Assembly (NCBI RefSeq): GCF_036321535.1
Contig: NC_087472.1
Coordinates: forward strand, 97,590,001 to 97,654,000
Direction of reading: 5' to 3'
DNA: 64,000 bases
DNA from: Camelus dromedarius
Taxonomy: Eukaryota
Part shown: piece by piece, positions 56,742 to 64,000 of the stretch
How the letters are laid out: every line of letters begins with the position of its first letter
How positions within the stretch are numbered: the stretch's first letter is position 1
Position numbers and translations under genes: made by a program
The notes under the pieces: generated by a model
What the model was told of the DNA's origin: nothing
Seen by the model: the letters and a program-made list of their open reading frames with translations, nothing else
The model's database searches: none

Positions 56742-57579
56742 ATCAAAACTACAATGAGGTATCACCTCACACCAGTCAGAATGGCCGTCATTCAAAAATC
56801 CACAAATGACAAATGCTGGAGAGGCTGTGGGGAAAGAGGAACCCTCCTACACTGCTGGTGGGAATGCAGTTTGGTGCAGCCACTATGGAAAACAGTGTGG
56901 AGATTCCTCAAAAGACTAGGAATAGACTTACCATATGACCCAGGAATCCCACTCCTGGGCCTGTATCCAGAAGGAAATCTACTTCAGGATGACACCTGCA
57001 CCCCAATGTTCATAGCAGCACTATTTACAATAGCCAAAACATGGAAACAGCCTAAATGTCCATCAACAGGTGACTGGATAAAGAAGATGTGGTATATTTA
57101 TACAGTGGAATACTACTCAGCCATAAAAACTGACAACATAATGCCATTTGCAGCAACATGGATGCTCCTGGAGAATGTCATTCTAAGTGAAGTAAGCCAG
57201 AAAGAAAAAGACAAATACCATATGAGATCGCTCATATGTGGAATCTAAAAAACAAAAACAAACAAACAAACAAAAACAAAGCGTAAATACAGGACAGAAA
57301 TAGACTCACAGACAGAGAATACAGACTTGTGGTTACCAGGGGGGTGGAGGGTGGGAAGGGATAGACTGGGATTTCAAAATTGTAGAATAGATAAACAAGA
57401 TTACACTGTATAGCACAGGGAAATATACACAAAATGTTAATGATAACTCACAGAGAAAAAAATGTGCCAATGAGTGTGTATATGTCCATGAATGTCTGAA
57501 AAATTGTGCTGAACACTGGAATTTGACACAACATTGTAAAATGATTATAAATCAATAAAAAATATTAAAAAAAAAAAAA
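56742..57579 (+). mobile_element. Young 5'-truncated camelid L1: intact ORF2 C-terminus, 3' UTR, poly(A), 16-bp TSD
   Basis: Uninterrupted [15 protein letters not shown]...[18 protein letters not shown]...SLICGI* (stop 57248); AATAAA plus poly(A); TSD aagagcagtgaggagg (56726-56741) / aagagcagtggggagg (57580-57595). Confidence 0.97.
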
Positions 57580-58387
57580 AAGAGCAGTGGGGAGGGAGGA
57601 CTTCTCAATGACTGGCCAGACTTTGACCTTGGAGGTGCATGCCCATGGTTCTGTTGTTTGGTTGATATTGTTATTGGCCTGGATTCCCAGGCAGTGTTGG
57701 TTAATTGTCACTGGAAGACTAAAGCTGGAGTACTTGCAAGTGGAGAGGAATAAGATGATGAACTGGATTTCTTTCCAGGTCGAGGAATAGAGCCTTGAGC
57801 CTAAAGTGTGAGACACCCTCAGAGGGCATGAGAGACTGACCGTTGGCGGAAAGGGGCTCCTGGCACAGAAATTAAACAAATAATGTGTATGTGTTCTCTT
57901 TTGTATCTCCAAAGTAGGTCAGAAGGGCACTTCAGTTTTAGACCCTCAGAATAAGCCTTTAAAAGCTACTAGAAATTTTGTGCTGTATATAGACTGCCAG
58001 GTAAAAATTTCCTGGTTAAAGAAAATGAAGTTACTTCTTACTTACTGAAGTTACTTATTACAGTAAAGTTACTTTCTCTGAAGTTATCCTCCTTAACAGA
58101 GCCTGCCTGCAATGCAAAGACTGCCGAGAGCCAGGCTCTATGTAAGACTCTTAAAAAACGCATTGTTAACAACAGAACGTGTCTGTATGACAGTGAGGGA
58201 GGGATGCACACTAAAAGCGTAGCTGGAGAATGTGCCAGATCTCTGGAGATTTTCCATGATGCAATCATCCCCAGGCTATAATCACCCTCACTGACCCCTG
58301 CATCCCGCTGTGTTTCTTCTCACTCACGCCACTTTTCATCAGCACCTTCCTGTTTAGCAGAGAGCCCCATTTCTGATACTTTGTGGG

Positions 58388-58552
58388 GGCTAATTATCTT
58401 CTATTTATCTGTGCAGCCCTGCGTTTGCCTTCTATTAGTCCAGAAACATAAATTCTGTAAATCCTTTTATATCTGGCTGCACCACCTAATTATTCCTCAT
58501 TTGTTTTTATTCTCTCTCAATTTAGCATCATCTGCAAAGTTGGAAATCATGT
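58388..58552 (-). mobile_element. Ancient CR1-clade LINE reverse-transcriptase fossil
   Basis: Minus frame from 58550: MISNFADDAKL...SQI*KDLQNLCFWTNRRQTQGCTDK*KII, versus CR1 ISKFADDTKL...LQxDLxxLxxWAxxWQMxFNxDKCKV. Confidence 0.8.
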
Positions 58553-59411
58553 TTTCATATCATAATTAGGGCTCTAAGAACCTCAGAGAAACTGCCTGGC
58601 AAATACGCATGCCTTTGCTTTTCATTTTAATGGTGAATTTAAAAGTGAGAAAATAAATTAGGGCTGAAGGAAATAATAGACTGAAATGAAAGTTTCTGGA
58701 ATATAGATGAGGATACGTGATAGAGCAACATGGGGAGAGAAACTTCCAGCATTAGAATGCAGAAGTCAGCCCCCAAAGTAAAGCCATCAAGTAGATAAGC
58801 AGTATTGTCTCTTTGCTGATGAAAATCACCTTTAGTTGTTCTACTCTGAGCTTTGGGGTATGCCAGGGGATGCACAATTTTGCTGATTGGATAAACACCT
58901 TTCCTTAAGTATGTAAAAGATTTACTGTTTTATAGAACAGCAATCTGAACTACATTTAATGAAGATGTGTAATTTGAACTGACATGGCCACTAGTGAGAG
59001 GGAACAGAAAGAATCCATAGATCTAAAGGTCTAGGGGAAGAAGAAATGTGAACACAACAACCTGGTGAGGAAGTTCTTGAAATTATTATTGACATTTCTA
59101 CAAACTCTCACCTTCTTGGAGCAGCCACTCCCATGAATCATTTGCCTCTTCGTCTTCAGAACTTTCTTCAAGATTCATGTCAAGGATTTTCTGAAGTAGC
59201 TTCACCTGGCTCTAGGTCATCTAGAATTTTTTTCCGTATGTGCACGTTCCCTTCTTTATTCTTCCTCCCTTAATAATTTCATCCCCATCCCTGTACTGTA
59301 AGATTTGAATTTGTATCTTTGAGCATTTTTGTATGTATTATATATGTAAGCATGAGCACATGTACTTGTCCTACCTACTGCATTAGTTAAAAGTCTCAAC
59401 AGCAGGGATGT

Positions 59412-59797
59412 TGTATCAATCATGACAAACAAGGTTATGGTCTAGTAACAAACAATCCCCAAATAGCAACAGCTTCAAGGAACAATATTTATCACTCATA
59501 TTTCATGTCTTTTGCAGCTCAGTGGCGGGGGGCTGGGGGATCTCTGCTCGTCTTTTCTCACTGATCCAGGTTGATGGAGGATTCTAGATACTTGCTTCCT
59601 AATTCCAGAGGGAGGGGAAAAAAACTGGTGAACCATATCCTGACTTTTAAAGTTTCTTTCCATAAGAAATACATGTCATTTTGCTGACTACTGGCCAAAG
59701 AAACTCACACAGCCATGCCTGAGTTCAACAGGATGGCAATGCTTGTCCTATAGGTAGGGGTTCTGAATATTTGTGAAGAATAATACAGTGGATTCCA
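59412..59797 (-). mobile_element. Old MaLR LTR (MLT1I/J-like) inserted in an L2 tail
   Basis: gtaacaaacaatccccaaa...ccaggttgatggag...ttttaaagtttct...tggccaaagaaactcacacagccatgcctgagttcaa...gaatatttgtgaa; TSD-like gatgt/gatgg; L2 tail on both sides. Confidence 0.8.
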
Positions 59798-60879
59798 GAT
59801 GGTGCTTTTTGTCTTTATTATATCTTTTCATAGAACTACTAAGAGTAGTTCTTTGCACACAGTAACCACCAGCATGTTAAAAAAAAATGCAGCTAAAATG
59901 GCTAAAGGAATAATTTGGATTTTTTCAAGACATTACTACCTACTTGACCCCAAAGTCTACCTGCCAATTCTTTTTGCCCACTAACATCACTCAGATCGTC
60001 CTGAACCATGTTACATTTCTGTGCAATTGGTAACAAATATAAAGAAACAAAGTGAAAAGTCTATGTGTACATTTGACCAAAAGTGATGATTCGATGAAGT
60101 TTGAAATCATTCTTCTCCCTTTTTAAAGAATCAAGCAAAATAATTTTAATAAATTCAAACCATTGTATAGGTTGACCTTTTAACATTAGTATAGTGATTA
60201 TCTTGATTCTATGTCATAAAATTATAAAATGTTTAGATTTTCTTACCTGTAACTCTGTATCCCTAAGTGTTTTGTGCCTCGCTCTAGAAGGCCTCAAAAT
60301 TGATTTCGACAGTCGGGCCAGCATCCTACCAGAGCTGCTGTCATCAGGAAATATTTTCACGAAGGGCGAGCTTGTTAGGGTAGGGAGAAGGAATAATACT
60401 AAGAATGTACTAGAATATGTAAGAAAGTCACAGACCAGGCAGAGGACTGAAGACGGTTTGAGGGGTAACATGAGCAGGCAAGACCTGTTTTCTTTTGTTT
60501 TAATTGGAAATGGCTTAAGTCAGAATTGGAAATGGTGGGAGATAGTGGGGATTAGAGAGAAAGGAATAGAACATCGTACAATTTTAGTTTGGCTTATTTG
60601 GGGATGACTTTCCATTCTTTGACAGTGCTACATTACTTAATCCTCTGAACATGATGAGTTCAGTCTCATAATCAAATGCACTTTTGCTTAAAATGTTTAA
60701 AAGCTCTGGCATGGAAAACATGGGGATCTTATTTTGGAAATGTTGAAACCGTTCAAAATACTAAGCCCTCAAGCAAAACTGCCGGGAAAGTCCTCTCATT
60801 TACCCCTTGTTCCCTACAAAATTTCCATCTCCAGCCTTGTCATAGCCCCACCACCTCAGGGTCCCTGGAGGGGGTGAGA

Positions 60880-61110
60880 AAACACACACTGCTTCTGAGA
60901 GTTCGGCTTCTGCCTTCATAACCAAGGGCACCTGCGAGGCTTGCGTCAGCCAGTGCGAGCTCCGGGCACAAAGGGAGCCCGTGTGTCAGAACTGACATCT
61001 CCTGCGGCTTCTGCAGCCGTGGCTTTCAGCTGCCCGTGATCACAAACGACGGGACTGGCCATCCGAGGTTAGCACCGCTGAGCTGGCTGCTGCTTCCTGT
61101 CTTTTGGAGG
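60880..61110. promoter_or_regulatory. CpG-retaining GC-rich patch, candidate enhancer or minor promoter
   Basis: About 13 CpGs in ~180 bp against a strongly depleted background; tgcgtca (CRE/AP-1-like), cacaaag (SOX/TCF-like), cttcctg (ETS). Confidence 0.4.
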
Positions 61111-61266
61111 AAAGGCATGAAAAACACAGCTTGGTTTCCAAAGTCCTTGCCATTAGGTAAAAAGCAGATGGATGCTTTCTGGAGAGATGCCAGAGCTTTC
61201 GTACTTAAAACCAAGAATACATACGCACACACACGCACACACTCTTATTTTACTATTCCCACCCCA

Positions 61267-61267
<1 letters not shown>

Positions 61268-61325
<58 letters not shown>
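61268..61325. repeat. (CA)n microsatellite
   Basis: Direct read. Confidence 0.98.
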
Positions 61326-61326
<1 letters not shown>

Positions 61327-61499
61327 TTGTGCTTAATCGTGTTTTAGACATTTTACTTACTGAGATGTGTGAGGTTATGCAAGATTTGAAAATAAGATCT
61401 AAACTTTTCAAAAATGTTTTATTTAGAAAGAACTTAGTAGTGATGTTCTAGAAGCTTAATCTAATTTCCAAAAATAGCCAAATCCTTGACCATCTGTAT

Positions 61500-61680
61500 A
61501 GAATCACACAACTTTAAAGTTGGAAGCAACCTTGGCAGTCATGTGATCTGATCCATCCATTATTCAGATAGGTCCAAGCCAAGGGGTAAGATGACTTGCT
61601 AAGGTTCACGGAAATTGGAAATAGGGTTAGTAGAGGAGCTCAGAACCCCTGACTTCTTGTGCTTGCTCCTTCCGCAACAC
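61500..61680 (-). mobile_element. MIR3/MIRc-like SINE
   Basis: tagaatc...aaagttggaagcaaccttgg...tcagataggtccaagccaagg...gatgacttgctaaggttcac. Confidence 0.7.
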
Positions 61681-61916
61681 AACACTCAATATACCTATAA
61701 ATATCTATTTACTTTGGAAATAACCTAGGAGTCTCTGAGAAGCAATCCTTACTTTAGGCTAATATTAAGAATTTTAGAAACAGAAGGTTCAAAAGGACCA
61801 TTAGACCAATCTCACTGTGTATTCTTGAAGTTCACAACAGTGTCAAGACGTGAACAAGAAGCATGTTGATTTCAGGGAAAGTTGATTCGTCATAAAAAAG
61901 AACGCCACAGATAGTT

Positions 61917-62155
61917 TTTTAGTTTTATTGATACATATTTCATATACCATACAATTCACCCATGTAAAGTGTACAATTAAGTGGTTTTTAGTATAGTCAC
62001 AGAGTTGTGCAGTCATCACTACAATTTAATTTTAAAATTGTCATTACCACCAAAGAAACCCCATACCCACTAGAAGTAGTCATTCCCTAATCCGCGCTTC
62101 TCCAGCCCCTGGCAGCCACCGATCTACTTTCTGTATCTATGCGTTTGCCTGTTCT
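61917..62155 (-). mobile_element. 5'-truncated L1MB-like 3' end with TSD
   Basis: cataccatacaattcacccatgtaaagtgtacaatt...ccagcccctggcagccaccgatctactttctgt; TSD gccacagatagtt (61904) / gccacagataatt (62156). Confidence 0.9.
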
Positions 62156-62569
62156 GCCACAGATAATTGAAAGATTGTGTGTGTGTTTCTATTTACAAAG
62201 ACACTTCCCTCCAGGCCTTGAGCTGCGGCTGCTGTAGAACAAAAAGAGACATTTATCAAGGCCAGTGCCATCCTGAACAGGCAGGGCCAGTGCAAGCCCC
62301 AAGGAGAGTTAAGCTGAGCGCCTAAGTGCCTGCAGAAACCGAGCGGGAACTGTAAGAGCTGCCTAGGAGACAGGACAGGCTGAACGTGAAGGAAACTTAC
62401 GCAGAGACAGAAGTGGATCCCAGCAATCTACTGGGCCACACGCAGGAGCAGGGAGCCTAAAAGAGTATCAAGTAAGAGAAAGGGGTCAAGAGTGTGTGCA
62501 CTAAGATCTAGAAAAACACCACCAGCCAAAGAAATATTAAAGCTTTTTATGCCCTCCTTCCCTTCCAGA

Positions 62570-62825
62570 AATATTTTATTTAAAAATAATATTCATCATT
62601 ACAAAAGCAGTATATATGCACTAAAGAAAATTAGAGAATACAGATAAGCAAAAATAAGAAAACAAAGACATTTTATTTCTATAACCTAAATTATTACTCA
62701 TATCCTTTTTCTGCATAGCTTTCCAGAATAAGGTCTACCTATATCTCCTTATATCTATAGCTTCTCTTTACCAAAATTAGATCACACTGGACATGTTTGG
62801 TACCTTGCTTTTTTCTTTTAATGAT
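62570..62825 (-). mobile_element. Ancient L1ME4-like 3' end
   Basis: aaaagcagtatatatgcactaaagaaaattagagaatacagataagcaaaaa...caaaattagatcacactg...ccttgctttttt. Confidence 0.65.
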
Positions 62826-63569
62826 CTCTGCCTTAACTTGTCAACAAGTTGCTCTCCTCTTGTTAAATTAGACCTTGACACCCACACCCCCATGAAAGGA
62901 AAGTACCCAGATAAAGAGCATTGGTGAAAAAAATAGGATTCAGGCCATCAACGCTAGGAGGGAGTTTTTGAAACGCTTTTAAAATATTGTCATGTTTACC
63001 ACCGTAAAACAATCAGCATATTAAAGATAATGGACATCTGATCCCATCCTTGGGAAACTATGACTCTGGCTGGATCTCTCACTTGCATCAGGCTGAGGGG
63101 TGTGCTCAGTGGCCCGATGTCTAAGGCAGTCCTTACTGCAAACGTGTTCTCCCAAAACCAGTGTTCTTCCTAAATAAAAGGGTTAGCCTTTTGTGGTTGT
63201 TGTTTCCCAGTGAAGTGTTAGAGTCCTTGGTTTGTCTCGCTGTGTTTCTTTGGAGAAGCAAAGATGTAGCTATGAACAGAGAATCTTCAGTTATTCTCCA
63301 GCAGTATACTGATAGAGGTTATTTCTCTTTTCAACAAATTCTAATAAATGCAATTTAAAAATTTTAGTAAGATGATCATTTAACCTCCAAAATCATTCAC
63401 CATTTGATTCCCCAAAGTAGTTTGCTACATATTTTAAGTGGTTAGAGTAGTAAAAATGTATTTGCCATTTTTTTCTCAGAAACACACCTGTTAAATAAAC
63501 TGTGACATGCCATAGGAGCTGTAGATTTTATGGGGAAAAATGGGGTCATTTTAGGAAACAAGAGGAACA

Positions 63570-63772
63570 TAGTAAGGTTGCATTAGGATGTGGTGTTGCT
63601 CCTTCTTACTAGCTGTGTAAACTTGACAAATGATATCATTTCTCTGAGGCTCATTTCCCTTCTCTGTAAAAGAACCATGCAGATGCATACCTCTCAGCCT
63701 TGTTGTGAGGCATAAATGAGAAACTTCTGGAAAGAATGTGAAGTAGTGATTTGACACTGATAAATAATAATA
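63570..63772 (+). mobile_element. MIR SINE
   Basis: cttactagctgtgtaaacttgacaa...tctctgaggctcatttcccttctctgtaaaa...ttgttgtgaggcataaatgaga. Confidence 0.8.
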
Positions 63773-64000
63773 GTACCTGACACTTCCATAATTCTTAACG
63801 TGTGCCAGACACTCTTCTAAACACTTGACCTATACTGATTCATTTAATACAAAAGTCCTACAAGGCAGGTATTATCATCACTACCCCCATTTTACAGATG
63901 AGTAAACTGAGACCGACAGAAGTTAGGTAATTTACCCAAGGTGACACAACTGGTATGTGGTAGAACCGAGATTTGAACCCAGGAGACATGGCTTCAGAAT
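63765..64000 (-). mobile_element. MIR SINE (runs off window end)
   Basis: cccattttacagatgagtaaactgag...ttacccaaggtgacaca...gatttgaacccagg. Confidence 0.92.

Noticed and set aside
56673..57248. Host protein-coding gene
   Set aside because: L1 ORF2 C-terminus inside a TSD-flanked retrotransposon

Overview
AT-rich, CpG-depleted mammalian non-coding DNA (intergenic or deep intron). The lineage is most likely camelid (alpaca, vicuna or camel), judged from a tRNA-derived Vic-1-like SINE and camelid-type young L1 3' ends. I found no recognisable host protein-coding exon, RNA gene or CRISPR array. The ORF track is explained by repeats, microsatellites or chance. Roughly half of the window is transposon debris of many ages: old L1M and HAL1, L2, MIR, CR1/L3, an L4/RTE-X-like fossil, MaLR and ERVL LTRs, one deleted ERVL provirus with a gag remnant, and hAT and Tigger MITEs. 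There is also one young 5'-truncated L1 with an intact ORF2 C-terminus and a TSD. Most notable are an ancient CR1 reverse-transcriptase fossil with a still-readable frame (58.4-58.55 kb), a small CpG-retaining putative regulatory patch (60.9-61.1 kb) with a nearby candidate minus-strand exon, a ~430 bp pyrimidine expansion inside an L1, and several nested insertions. I see no convincing evidence of a novel biological system. Repeat family names were assigned from memory of consensus sequences and need RepeatMasker/Dfam confirmation.
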